NCBI GenBank assembly: GCA_965203175.1
Contig: OZ241867.1
Coordinates: 1,536,001 to 1,600,000 of the forward strand
From: Candidatus Latescibacterota bacterium
GTDB taxonomy: Bacteria; Latescibacterota; UBA2968; UBA8231
DNA length: 64,000 bases
Reading direction: 5' to 3'
Made by a program: the position numbers and the translations under genes. Positions within the stretch are counted from its first letter, which is position 1. Each line of letters begins with the position of its first letter. This document shows, one piece after another, positions 1 through 10,700 of the stretch. The notes beneath the pieces were generated by a model, which was not told the origin of the DNA, made no database searches, and saw only the letters and a list, made by a program, of their open reading frames with translations.

Positions 1-1
1 T

Positions 2-304
2 TCAGCGCAAATCCGCCAGCGCGTCAACGCCGCCCGCCAGCGGCAACTCGACCGCTTTGCCGGTGAGCTATTCTGCAACGCCCAGATGAGCACGCGGCAC
101 ATCCGCCGCCACTGCTCGCTCGACGACGCCGGGCAAGCCCTCCTTGAAAAAGCCATGTCCCGCCTCGGCCTCTCAGCCCGCGCCTACGACCGCATCCTCA
201 AAGTCGCCCGCACCATAGCCGACTTAGCCGACGCCCCGATCCAATCGCAGCATCTAGCGGAGGCCATACAATATCGAGCACTGGATCGCAGTGGTCTTCA
301 GTAG
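2..304 (+). CDS. comM: YifB/ComM family Mg-chelatase-like AAA+ ATPase, C-terminal part (5' end outside window)
   Basis: Frame open from base 2: [19 protein letters not shown]...NAQM...[23 protein letters not shown]...HLAEAIQYR, the typical ComM/YifB C-terminus. Confidence 0.9.
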   Translation, partial: SAQIRQRVNAARQRQLDRFAGELFCNAQMSTRHIRRHCSLDDAGQALLEKAMSRLGLSARAYDRILKVARTIADLADAPIQSQHLAEAIQYRALDRSGLQ

Positions 305-418
305 CCTTAGTGGCGGCAGCGGCCAACGCGGGCCAAGGGGTCGAGGTTTGAATAAAAAATCTTGACGAATGAACGGATTCTTAACTCTATCTTATGGCAA
401 CAAATACGAGGTAGCATC

Positions 419-616
419 GTGAGTGAGTCACTGCCGCCCGAGCGGCCCTATCCATTAGACCACGAGGGACGCATCGCCCGGTTGGAAGGTATTATCGAGC
501 AAATCGATGTCCGGCTAGGCCGCGTCGAAACCAAAATCGACAGCCTTTTACGGTGGATCATTGCCCTGCAAGTGACGACCTGGGGCCTCATCGGAGCCTT
601 AAAGCTGTTCGGCTAG
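419..616 (+). CDS. small coiled-coil protein with C-terminal transmembrane helix (DUF1640/XhlA-like)
   Basis: GAGG then GTG at 419; heptad-like RIARLEGIIEQIDVRLGRVETKIDSL followed by hydrophobic WIIALQVTTWGLIGALKLFG. Confidence 0.6.
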   Translation: MSESLPPERPYPLDHEGRIARLEGIIEQIDVRLGRVETKIDSLLRWIIALQVTTWGLIGALKLFG

Positions 617-660
617 CGGGCGTGGCAGGTGGAGAACCCACGTCTGAGAAGGAACCAACC

Positions 661-1590
661 ATGGCCCCTAGTCCCGACCCGCGCATTCCCTGGTACACTC
701 CCGTCGGCGAAATAACCGTCGAAAAGCACACCCCAGACAAACCCCACCAAGGCAAGGTGCTGGCCGCCGTCCAAGCCCACGCCGACGATATTCCCCTCTT
801 CTGCGCCGGCCTCGTCGCCAAGCTCATCGCCGAAGGCTACACGGCTTATTTAATCCAGACCACCAACGACGAGAAGTGCGGGCCGGGCACGATGGGCGAG
901 ACTATCCTCCAGAACGAGCGCGAAGTCGACGTGCTCGCCGGAGAGTTGGGCTTCAAACAGGTTATCCACCTCGGCTACCGCAATCACTTTCTCGACGAAG
1001 CCGCCCCCACCGAGCTGAGAGCCCGGCTGGTCTTTCTGATCCGCGCCCTCAAAATCGACACCATCACCACGTTCAGTCCTTGGGGCCACTGGGAAGAAAA
1101 TCCCGATCACTACGTCACCGGCCAAGCCGTCGAAGCGGCGCGCTGGATGGCTGGCATGAACAAGGATTATCCCGAACAACTCGCCTGCGGCATGCAGCCT
1201 CACTCGGTCAAAGACCTCTACTACTGGACCTGCCGCCCCGGGCAGCCCTACAACACCGTCGTCGATATAGCGCCTCATCTCGACGCAAAGGTCGCCGCCA
1301 TGAGCGCCAACAAGGCCCAAGGGCCAGCGGGTGCCCACGGCCGCCGCCTCAAGGAATGGCTAGCGCGTCAGGGCAAGTACCTACCCGCCTTGGGAGACGA
1401 CGACGAGGGAGCCGACCGCCAGTACATCCGCCTCTTTGGCTTGCGTGAATACCAACGCCTCGGCGAGCCCTATGGCTTGGACTACGCCGAGGCGTTCTAC
1501 TACATGCCGCCCAGCGGAACCTTTACCGGCGCGATGAGCGCAGCGGGCATCGAGCGCTACATCGCAGAGCACGCCGAGGACTTGGGATGA
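661..1590 (+). CDS. PIG-L/LmbE family deacetylase
   Basis: AAGGA RBS before ATG 661; motifs AHADD and ENPDH. Confidence 0.85.
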   Translation: MAPSPDPRIPWYTPVGEITVEKHTPDKPHQGKVLAAVQAHADDIPLFCAGLVAKLIAEGYTAYLIQTTNDEKCGPGTMGETILQNEREVDVLAGELGFKQVIHLGYRNHFLDEAAPTELRARLVFLIRALKIDTITTFSPWGHWEENPDHYVTGQAVEAARWMAGMNKDYPEQLACGMQPHSVKDLYYWTCRPGQPYNTVVDIAPHLDAKVAAMSANKAQGPAGAHGRRLKEWLARQGKYLPALGDDDEGADRQYIRLFGLREYQRLGEPYGLDYAEAFYYMPPSGTFTGAMSAAGIERYIAEHAEDLG

Positions 1591-1701
1591 TAGGCGTCGG
1601 ATCGCGTGTTGCGGAACAGAGACTGGAAGACGCCGAGCCGTTTACAGTTTGATAGTGGTTTCTTTAAATTTGCCCGTACAACGAATTGGGGAGAAACCGC
1701 G

Positions 1702-2586
1702 ATGAAACTCACGACCGAACAGATCGCAGAATTCAACACCCGCGGCGTCATCATCGCCCGCGAGGTGCTCACCCACGACGACTTGCAGCCAGTCATCGAC
1801 GAACTGTCGGCGTGGATCGACGCCCGCGCGCGGACACTACATGACGAGGGCGAAATAGCGGACCTGCACGAGGACGCCCCGTTTGCCACGCGCTACGGCT
1901 TGCTGTTCAAACAGTGCCCTGAGATCGGGCACGGCATGGATATCATGCACTATCGGGGGCGGGCGATGTTCGAGTTTTTGCGCAACGAAAATCTGCTCGA
2001 CCTTATCGAATCCCTCTTAGGGCCCGAACTGATCTGCAACCCCATCCAGCACTTGCGAGCCAAGCCGCCGCAAGCCTACGAAAACCGCGAAGGCCCTTCT
2101 TTCCACAACGCGCCCTGGCACCAAGACGCCGGCGTGATGATGCCGGAAGCCGAAGGCTCTGACGTCGTCACCTGCTGGCTGCCTTTGGCCGAAGCCACGG
2201 TAGAGACCGGCTGCATGGAGGTCTTGCCCGGCCTCGTCGAGACCGGCTACCTCCGACATTTGGCAGCCGGCGGCACCACCATCGCCCCCGAGGCCATGCC
2301 CCACATCAAACCCCTCCCCTTGGAGTGCAAACGCGGCGACGTGGTGCTCATGAGCCGCTTTACGCCCCATCGCTCCACTCCCAATTACTCCAACCAATGC
2401 CGCTGGTCGCTGGACCTGCGCTACCAGCCCATCGGCCAGCACACCGGCCGCACCGGCCACCCCGACTTTGTCGCGCGCTCCCGCCGCGATCCGTCCATCG
2501 AGCTGACCGACTACGAGGAATGGGGCCGCTTGTGGATCGACGCCTTTGAGAATCCCCGTGGCGTTGTCGCACACCGCGGGGAATAG
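1702..2586 (+). CDS. phytanoyl-CoA dioxygenase (PhyH) family Fe(II)/2OG dioxygenase
   Basis: GGAG RBS; WHQD...TPHRS..N...RWSLDLRY. Confidence 0.9.
   Translation: MKLTTEQIAEFNTRGVIIAREVLTHDDLQPVIDELSAWIDARARTLHDEGEIADLHEDAPFATRYGLLFKQCPEIGHGMDIMHYRGRAMFEFLRNENLLDLIESLLGPELICNPIQHLRAKPPQAYENREGPSFHNAPWHQDAGVMMPEAEGSDVVTCWLPLAEATVETGCMEVLPGLVETGYLRHLAAGGTTIAPEAMPHIKPLPLECKRGDVVLMSRFTPHRSTPNYSNQCRWSLDLRYQPIGQHTGRTGHPDFVARSRRDPSIELTDYEEWGRLWIDAFENPRGVVAHRGE
2528..2586 (+). repeat. direct repeat A, copy 1 (3' end of PhyH gene)
   Basis: 59 bp, 51/59 identical to 4205-4263, first 28 bp identical. Confidence 0.95.
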
Positions 2587-2600
2587 AGCGGCGGTATACC

Positions 2601-4181
2601 ATGGCCAAACCACGCATTTTTTTCGACCACGACGGTCGGCACCCGCTGATCTACATGTACGAGCCGCCGATGCAGAAAGAAGAGCTGGAGGCGGCGGTAG
2701 ACGAGTTGGTGGGGACGCCAGTCGAGGCACTGTCGCTAACCCTAGGCGATGCGCAGAGTCTGCTCTATGATTCGCAGGTGGGCGCGTTGTGGGGACGGGA
2801 TATAAAGAAGTGGCCGCATCTGATCTGGAAGCGGGCCAACCAGAATTTCACCCAATTGATCAAAGCCGGATGCGATCCGCTCCAGGTGCTCTGCGACAAA
2901 GCCCATGCCAATGGCCTGCTGCTCTACGCGATGCTATTGCCGCAGCAGGGACCGCGGGAGTTGATGTTGAAAAGCTGGGAAAATCCGCGCTTCGCCGCAG
3001 CCGAGCAGCGCGACCCGCAGCCGTTGGAGATCGGCAGCAAGGGCGGTGTGGACGCACAGTGGCCGGGGTATCGCGCGTGGGACTACGCTTGTGATGCAGT
3101 GCGCGAGCGGAATTTGGCGATTGTCGAGGAAGTGCTCGCGCGCTATCCCGTTGACGGTTTTGAGCTACAGCTCAATTACTGCCCCTATTATTTTCACCCC
3201 GATGAGATTGCGGCGGGGACAGGGATTATGACCGAGTGGATAGGTCGGGTTTACGCGGCTGTAAAAAAGAGCGATCCGGCACGAGAGTTGGTCCTGCGCG
3301 TGCCGGCAAATCTGGATGGATGCCGGGCGGTGGGGCTGGAGCCATTGGAGTGGATGCGCCGGGGCATTGTCGACGCGATCGTGCCCGAGGCATCGGGAGC
3401 GGCGGATCCGTCGGCGGATTTCAGCGCCTTCGTCAAAGTAGCACACGGGACGGCGTGTCGGGTCTTGCCGGCGTTACAGAGTCGGATCGACAGCGACCGG
3501 GTCGGTGAGGGGACGATCGAAATGGTGCGGGCAGGGGCTTGCAACTATTGGGCGCAGGGAGTCGATGGCCTCTATATCGCGCATTGGTTTGGCTGTTGGC
3601 CGTATAAGGCCGATTTCTACCAGAAACTGCGCGAGGTGCCCTTCCCCGAGACAATGGCGGCCAAGGACAAGATTTATCGAATCCCCGGCGAGGGCAGCGC
3701 GCCGGCACCGGAGGCGATTGCACCGAATGTCGCTAATCCGCTACCCATTGAGTTGGCAAAGGGGCAGGCGCTACAGGTGGGTTTTGCGGTGAGCGATGAT
3801 CTGAAAAAATGGGACAAGGTCAATCGGGTCCACGAAGTGATCTTGCGGGTGCGAGTGCAGGAGACGACGGAGCGGGACCGCTTGCGCTTTGTTTTTAACG
3901 GCAAAGAATTACCGCAATCGCTGCTGCGCAAAATCAATCAGATGTACGTGATGGGTGCGCCGCGCTATCGGGTTTTTGGCTATTGGTATGTCTTTCGTTT
4001 GCCCGAAAAATTCAGGCCGGTGCAGGGGTGGAATGTGCTGGAGGTCGAACTGCTCAAACGGGACGGGCAGGCGCTACCGGCTGTCGTATTGCGCGATGTA
4101 GAGCTGGAAATCAAGTACTTGATGGGGAAGAATTACCACCGGGGTTTGATCGATGCAGATCTGGGACCGGGTGAATTGTAG
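2601..4181 (+). CDS. putative glycoside hydrolase-like TIM-barrel protein (GHL10-like) with C-terminal beta domain
   Basis: 526-aa ORF; WDYACDAVRERNLAIVEEVLARYPVDGFEL and QGVDGLY are typical of GHL10-like proteins. Confidence 0.6.
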   Translation: MAKPRIFFDHDGRHPLIYMYEPPMQKEELEAAVDELVGTPVEALSLTLGDAQSLLYDSQVGALWGRDIKKWPHLIWKRANQNFTQLIKAGCDPLQVLCDKAHANGLLLYAMLLPQQGPRELMLKSWENPRFAAAEQRDPQPLEIGSKGGVDAQWPGYRAWDYACDAVRERNLAIVEEVLARYPVDGFELQLNYCPYYFHPDEIAAGTGIMTEWIGRVYAAVKKSDPARELVLRVPANLDGCRAVGLEPLEWMRRGIVDAIVPEASGAADPSADFSAFVKVAHGTACRVLPALQSRIDSDRVGEGTIEMVRAGACNYWAQGVDGLYIAHWFGCWPYKADFYQKLREVPFPETMAAKDKIYRIPGEGSAPAPEAIAPNVANPLPIELAKGQALQVGFAVSDDLKKWDKVNRVHEVILRVRVQETTERDRLRFVFNGKELPQSLLRKINQMYVMGAPRYRVFGYWYVFRLPEKFRPVQGWNVLEVELLKRDGQALPAVVLRDVELEIKYLMGKNYHRGLIDADLGPGEL

Positions 4182-4204
4182 CTCTGCACGGGGGCCTAGG
4201 TAAT

Positions 4205-4263
4205 GCTTGTGGATCGACGCCTTTGAGAATCCTCGCGGCGTTGTCATGCACCGAGGCGAATAA
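4205..4263 (+). repeat. direct repeat A, copy 2 (orphan PhyH 3' end, LWIDAFENPRGVVMHRGE*)
   Basis: Matches 2528-2586; differences are mostly synonymous. Confidence 0.95.
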
Positions 4264-4722
4264 CGTGATTGTACAAGCGACTCCCTCACCATTTCGCGTG
4301 ACCAATGGGTGGAAAACCGGGCGTTCTCGGCGGCAAGCAGACGCAGATTGACGCTTTCTAAGCTGCATTACAACTTAAGAAACCCGACTATCGCCTTTTA
4401 GGATGACGATTACCGCGCCAGCAAATCCGCTATCTTGCCAATATCTTGCCAAAGAAACGGCGCGGCGGCAACGCGGGAAAAAATTCATTCGGTATTGACA
4501 TTTGGGCACATTATATTCGGGGCGGACAGCGGCAGGCTTTGCGCAGGTACCAGAGACGTATCAGCCGAGGAACTCACGGAGATTGAGGCGACAGGCGCTG
4601 GTGGGGGAAGGTAGCCCATTGTCAAAGTACTCTGAAAGGTGTTGGCACGGATGTCAAAGAAACCCACTGCTAGATATGAAGCGTCTATATAATCCATATC
4701 TATATGTGAAAGGAGCCGTTGC

Positions 4723-5169
4723 ATGACACGGGATAGAACGCGTAGCAACGGGGGAAATGAGCCGAGCATTGAGATTGTCGAGTTTTCTTTTAAGCAGGGC
4801 AGTGAAGACGCAAAGGAAGAGGACCTCGCCGACGCCTTACGCGATCTTCAAGAGATAAACGACGAGGCCGACGAAGAAGGAATGCAGCCACCTTCTGAAT
4901 TGGCTATCGCCAATGCGGATTGTCTGATACGAGAAATCTATGACATATTGCCACGTCAATATCTGGTGGAACTCCTGCCGGAAGGGGTTATTGCTATCAC
5001 CGTTCCCGGCGGATTTCGGTGTTCAGTTATGTTGTTATGCGAATCTGAGGGCGGAATACTGTGCTCTGTTAATATGAACGGCAAACATCAGCGTAAACGG
5101 TATACACATGTGGACCAACTGCCGGATAGATTTCTGAGTGACGCCTTGAGTAAACTGGGACGGGAGTAA
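4723..5169 (+). CDS. acidic hypothetical protein (possible antitoxin/immunity partner)
   Basis: AAGGAG RBS; AT-richer than flanks; directly upstream of 5184-5630. Confidence 0.65.
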   Translation: MTRDRTRSNGGNEPSIEIVEFSFKQGSEDAKEEDLADALRDLQEINDEADEEGMQPPSELAIANADCLIREIYDILPRQYLVELLPEGVIAITVPGGFRCSVMLLCESEGGILCSVNMNGKHQRKRYTHVDQLPDRFLSDALSKLGRE

Positions 5170-5183
5170 GTTAGTTGGCTCAC

Positions 5184-5630
5184 ATGAGCCTCCCTCAAAG
5201 TATACCTTCGGACGAGGCTTTGGGGCGGGGCGTATTTTCAAGCAAACAGGCACGCCAAGCTAGACGCGGGACAAAGCCCATACCCCGCCATGCATTCCTC
5301 GCACAGTGGGGGAAAGTGGAAATCTCCGTTGATCGGCTTGATTTCGCAGAGCCTGAAGAGATGGCGGAGCTTGGCGACAAAGTAGCAGTTGGTCGTAGTG
5401 TAGATCGTACGGTCACATTTTATGGCTGGGCCGTCATTGCTGCTAAAGACGCCGAAAGCAATGGGCGGCAGGTGGTTTACACTCCACAATCCGATAATCC
5501 ATACCATACAGATATTATCTTGCCAGACTCCACAGCGGAGGACCGTGACGAACAAATTAGTCACGCCCAAGAGTTGGCGGATGCATCCCTATGGCGCGAA
5601 CGTCCAGACTCCACGAAAACTGACGAATGA
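5184..5630 (+). CDS. hypothetical protein, possible ADP-ribosyltransferase-like (Tse2/RES-like) fold
   Basis: Pattern EALGR...AF...ISVDR...GWAV...TPQSDNPYHTDI; alternative TTG start at 5175. Confidence 0.5.
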   Translation: MSLPQSIPSDEALGRGVFSSKQARQARRGTKPIPRHAFLAQWGKVEISVDRLDFAEPEEMAELGDKVAVGRSVDRTVTFYGWAVIAAKDAESNGRQVVYTPQSDNPYHTDIILPDSTAEDRDEQISHAQELADASLWRERPDSTKTDE

Positions 5631-5767
5631 CTCTTCGCGGATTGGCTCAATCAAAAATAAAATCGACCTAATCGGTTCCTCGAACCACCCCGCACGAGCT
5701 TGACCAAGCAGGCGGATTGCATTAACTCACTCTAGGCCGCCAACGCAAACCGAAAGACAGGTGCAAA

Positions 5768-7708
5768 GTGGATCTAGACAAACTGCTGAGCGACGTGGAT
5801 CTAGACGAAATGCTGCGCCTCTACGACGAGGCGGCTGAGGAGCTGATGCAAGTCGCCATCAGCGATGGCCACTTTGCCGACCGCGATCCAAGCGAAATCA
5901 TCTGGCCGGTGGGCAGCGACCTCAACGCGCTTGAGCGACGCGCCGAACTGATCGGCTCCATTCACGAAGGCATTCCCCCGCTCCGCGACAAGCGCCTGCA
6001 AGAGGCATACGACCACTACGAGCGCGTCGGCCCCGCCTACCACCAAGCGAACCGCCTCTACCTAGCAACGCGCCAACTCTTCGTCGAACGCGGCCGCGGC
6101 GACGCACTCGATTTCCACGCGCTCTACCAATCGGTCTATCTACACGCCCTAGGCCGCGACAACCCCTACACCCTCGACAAAGGCGAGGCCGCCCTCGTCA
6201 AGCTGCGGGTCGCCCGCGTGCCGCTGTCCCACGCCCACGCGGTCGCCGAGAAGATACAATCCGGGACGGCGCAAAAAGAGCCCGCGACCGACTCGGCCGA
6301 CGATCCGCGCTTGGCCGAACACTACGTCTGCGAAATCGACGGGGTGCGCCACGCCGGGACGCTGCGCGACCTGCTTAGCGAGGTTGCCGAGCGCGTCGTC
6401 GATTACCTCGCCGCTGGCGAGCACCTCGCCATCCGCTTTAACACCTATAGCAACTTCATCTATCTCGGTATATCGGTGTGGAAGGCTATCACGGACGCCG
6501 ACGTGCTCTTGGCCCGCATCGAGGGGCGGGTGCGCGTCCAATGGCACCAAAAGCTGTGCAAGCTGGTCCTGCTGGGTAAGGGCATGCTACTCAAGTTCCT
6601 CCAAGCCCACTCCGAAGATCCCGCCCAAATCAAGCCGAGGGAATTTTGGTACGGCCAAGAGTACAGCTACCTGACCCGCGACATGATCGACCTGACGCGC
6701 CGCTTAGTCGGCTACGTCAACCGCCTAGCAGGCAGAGCGCGCGGAGAAGTCGATCTGGTGGTCCTTCCGCCCTTGCTCGACGGCAAGGCCAAGGGCCGCT
6801 TTCTCGAATACCAGCACGTCGGACGGCGCCAGAGCCTCGGCCCATGGAGCCGTCGGGCGCGCCTCTTTCAGTGGGCTTTTCTCTACTACCGCACCGGAAA
6901 GAAAAAAATGAGCCTCCTAGCGGCTCAACTCCCAGAAGCAGAGCGCCTCAAAGCCGCCAGCGCCCAAAGCAGCGAATGGGGGAGGAAATCGCTGGACATC
7001 TTCGGCATTGAATTGACCGTAAGCGCCGATCCGCTCTTCGCCGCCACCGCCCGCGACCTCGATCTAGCCAACAAACAGGAGAAGGTCCTGTTTCTCCCCA
7101 CGCACCGCAGCCTCTTCGACCATCCGGTGATGAGTACCCTGATCCACGACCCCCGCTTCCTCGAACTGATGGGCTGGCGCGAACTTCCCGCGCCGGTGAG
7201 CCTCGCCCGCGCGCGACTGACCGAACCCGCAACCCTGCGCATTGGCGGGCGCTCTTTTTCGCTGATTGGCTTTACTACCGAGGAAGTCGATCAGATCATG
7301 GAGAAAGTCGATGGGCACGTCATTATGACCCGCTCGGCCGACACGAAAAATCCCACGCGCCGCTTTGCCGAACTCCTCGCACAGCGGCCGGGCGTTGTCT
7401 ATGGCGAGGGCACCACGGCCGCGTTTGAGCATCAGTGCTTGCCCATGCAGCACGCGCTCTTTGCCTATCTGCCGCCCGACGTGATCATCGTGCCGCTAAC
7501 TTTTCGCGGCCTGCACTCGCTGTGGCCCAAATGTCCCCGGGGCAATCTCAATATCGGCAGCGGCCGGGTCGAAGTAATGGTTTGCCCACCCATGCTCGGC
7601 GAAACCACGCTCCTGCCGCGCAAGCGCGCCCTGCGCACGCAGCTAGAGCCAGCGACGCTCTTCCAAGCCGTACACATCGCGCGGCTTTTCAATCCAGAAC
7701 CAGCCTAA
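5768..7708 (+). CDS. lysophospholipid acyltransferase (PlsC-like) domain with long N-terminal helical extension
   Basis: C-terminal PTHRSLFD (HxxxxD), YGEGT and IVPLTFRG...LWPK; the first ~400 aa are unassigned. Confidence 0.7.
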   Translation: MDLDKLLSDVDLDEMLRLYDEAAEELMQVAISDGHFADRDPSEIIWPVGSDLNALERRAELIGSIHEGIPPLRDKRLQEAYDHYERVGPAYHQANRLYLATRQLFVERGRGDALDFHALYQSVYLHALGRDNPYTLDKGEAALVKLRVARVPLSHAHAVAEKIQSGTAQKEPATDSADDPRLAEHYVCEIDGVRHAGTLRDLLSEVAERVVDYLAAGEHLAIRFNTYSNFIYLGISVWKAITDADVLLARIEGRVRVQWHQKLCKLVLLGKGMLLKFLQAHSEDPAQIKPREFWYGQEYSYLTRDMIDLTRRLVGYVNRLAGRARGEVDLVVLPPLLDGKAKGRFLEYQHVGRRQSLGPWSRRARLFQWAFLYYRTGKKKMSLLAAQLPEAERLKAASAQSSEWGRKSLDIFGIELTVSADPLFAATARDLDLANKQEKVLFLPTHRSLFDHPVMSTLIHDPRFLELMGWRELPAPVSLARARLTEPATLRIGGRSFSLIGFTTEEVDQIMEKVDGHVIMTRSADTKNPTRRFAELLAQRPGVVYGEGTTAAFEHQCLPMQHALFAYLPPDVIIVPLTFRGLHSLWPKCPRGNLNIGSGRVEVMVCPPMLGETTLLPRKRALRTQLEPATLFQAVHIARLFNPEPA

Positions 7709-10700
7709 AAAAGCGATAGCTGCTCGGCCTCCCGCCGGCGCGGCATGGCCGCATCCTCGCGCGCGAGCAACCGAGCGGGAATCTCTTCTACAAACGGCGA
7801 CAGCGCGCACTGCACCCGCTCGCCATAGCGCTGGCGGGTGCGCGCCCGCAGCAACACCAACTCCTCTTCCGCTCGCGTCATGCCCACGTAAAAGAGCCGC
7901 CGCTCCTCGGCGAGGTCGGCGTCCCGCTCGCGGAAGGGAATGAGTCCGTCCTCCACCCCGCAGATAAATACCACTGGAAACTCCAAGCCCTTGGCCGCGT
8001 GCAAAGTCATCAGCGCGACGGCCTCCGGGCCTTGGGGGCCGCCCCGCTCTTCGTAGTCGGCCTCCGCGCCTAGGAGCACGGTCTCCAGTAGCTGCGCGAG
8101 CGTTCCGGTCCCGTCCGCAACTCGGGCCAAGTGCTCCAAGTCCTCGTCCTCCGGGTCGCCGAACTCGGCCTGCCAGCGGCGCACCCAAGCACCCGCCCCC
8201 TCCTGCTCGGCCCATCGCCTGTACTCCGCTATCCGCGCCTCTAACATCTCAACCCGGTCCTGCGCTGCGGCCGACAGTTCCCCCCGCCGAACTTGGCGCA
8301 AAATGTGCGATTCCACGCCCATGGCCTCTAGCGCCTGCCAACGGCGCACATCCTCTTGCGAAATCGAAACATAACGGGCAAACGCCAACGCGGCCCGCAC
8401 GACCGGCGCTTGCAGAAAACCCTTCTGCCCGACGAGCCGGTAGGGCAGGCCCTCCTTGTGGAAGCACTCTTCCAGCACTTGGCCCTGTCGGCCGGTGCGG
8501 AAGAGCACGGCAAAGTCGGCGAAACTGCGCGTGCCCTCTGCGCCAGCATCGGTCTGCACCATGTCGGTGCCGCCGACCATGCGGGCAATCTCCCGCACCA
8601 CCGCAATGCCCTCGGCCGTCTCGCTCTGCACCTCGATTAGGCGGATTCTTTCCTTTCCCGGACGCACGGCTGCGAGTTCAATGGCCTCGCGCCCCGGATT
8701 GTGGCCGACGACGGCAGCGGCGGCCTCGACAATATGCCCCTGCGAGCGGTAATTCGCGCCTAGATGAAAGAGTCGCGTATCCGAGAAACGGTCGCGCAAG
8801 TGAACGAAGTGGTCGGGCGAAGCTCCGCGAAAGCTGTAGATCGCCTGATCTGGGTCGCCGATGGCCATCAGGCCCGCGCCTTCACCCGCCAACTGCAGGA
8901 CCAATCTATACTGCGCGGCGTTGAGGTCTTGGAACTCGTCTATCAGCAGATAGGGAAACCGCGCCCGCACCTGTTCCCGCACGGCGGCATCCGCTTCTAA
9001 GAGGCGCAGCAAGTCCAAGATAATATCGTCGTAGTCGCAGGCTCCAGATGCGTGTAGAGCTTCCTGATAGGCGTCGTAATGCGGTCGCCACTCCTCGGCG
9101 ATCTCATCCGGCTCCTGAGCGGCGGCCTTGGCCAGCGAGATGGCTTGACTAGCGGCGGCGACCGGACCCGACAATCCAGCATCCGCCAGCGCCCCTTCCA
9201 GCAACCGGCGCGCTTCCACCTCGTCGAGCACCAGCTTTGGCTCGCAGCCCAACTCCCGCAACAGCGACAACGCCAAGCGGTGAAAGGTCCCCACCTGCAT
9301 CGCACCCAGCCCACCACCCAACAATGCGCTCAGCCGCTGTCGCATCTGTCCAGCCGCCCGCCGGGTAAAGGTAATGGCCATGATCTGCCCCGGATCCACG
9401 CCATTTGCGACCAGCCGGGCAATGCGCCGCGTCAGCACCCGGGTCTTACCCGACCCTGGCCCAGCCACGACCACTAAAGGCCCTCCTTCGGCCTCTTCGA
9501 TTTGACGCTGTGCGTCGTCGAGCGCGTCCGCGTCCTGCTCCACTTGTGTGGTGCTATCAGGCCTTGGCACCTGTACCGGTGAGACGTGAACTTCCTCAGC
9601 CGTCTTCACGACCGCCGGTCCCAAGTCGAACAGCGCACCCTGCCCTTGTAAGCGCGCCCGCTCCTCCTCGCTAAACACGCTGATTACGCCGTACTCCCCA
9701 TCGTGGCCGGGGTAAATGTCCACCTCGCCGCAGCGCATCCGGCGCACGCCCTCGGCCACCAACGGCCCGGCGCAACTTTCAATCGCTTCAAGTCCGGCGC
9801 GGCGCAATACTTCGAGTTCCGGCCCTATCTCGGCTAGGAGCCGGTCGTACACAGCGCGGACTTTCTTGGACTTCGGACCAACACCAACCGCTGCGCCGAT
9901 CACTTCGTCGAGCGGGATCAAGTACTCATAGGGCGGAGCAACCTCCGGTCGAAACCCCTCCGGACGGTCGGCTAGCTTCTCCACCCGGTGCAAAACCCCC
10001 ACCGTCAGCTTGCGTCCGCACACCGGGCAGATCCCCTCGGCGGCCAGCGTTTGCGCCGGCTTGTAGCACACCGCGCACTTGCGGTGGCCGTCGTAGTGGT
10101 ACTTGCCTTCTTCGGGGTAGAACTCCAAGGTACCCAAAAAGCGCGCTGGATCGCGGTCTTTGAGCGCAGAGTAGATGCCCGGATACGAGCACTCCGTGTC
10201 AAAGCACGTGGCCTCGCGGGCCAGCTTTTGCGGCGAGTGGGCGTCGGAATTGGATACGATCGCATAGCGGTCGAGGGCCGACAGTCGCCAGTTCATCGGC
10301 GGATCCGAGGACAAGCCGGTCTCCACGGCGAAGATGTGCGGCAACAAATCCTCGTAGCACTCCTCCAACGATTCAAAACCCGACGATGCCCCCAACGCGG
10401 CAAAGTGCGGCGTCCATATATGGGCCGGGATGAAGAGCACGCTCTCGTCGGCTTCGAGACAGATTTCTAAGAGGTCGCGGCTGTCCAACCCCAAGATGGG
10501 CCGGCCGTCGGAGTGCAAGTTGCCGATAGCTCCGAGGCGGCGGTTGAGTCGAGCTACGGATTCGAGGGAGGGCAGGATGACGACGTGGTGGATTTTGCGG
10601 GTTTTGTCGCCCTTCTTGTAGATGGTGCTGATTTCCACCGAAAGCATGAAACGCACGGCGCGACGGCAGCGCTCGGGCAACCCTTGTTCCACGGCGGCGC

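Noticed and set aside
4485-4769. Small ORFs 4502-4726 (+) and 4485-4769 (-)
   Set aside because: No RBS or recognisable motifs; probably leader or intergenic sequence.
4333-5730. Weak similarity between CAAGCAGACGCAGATTG (~4333) and CAAGCAGGCGGATTG (~5705) as islet boundaries
   Set aside because: Too short and gapped to distinguish from chance.
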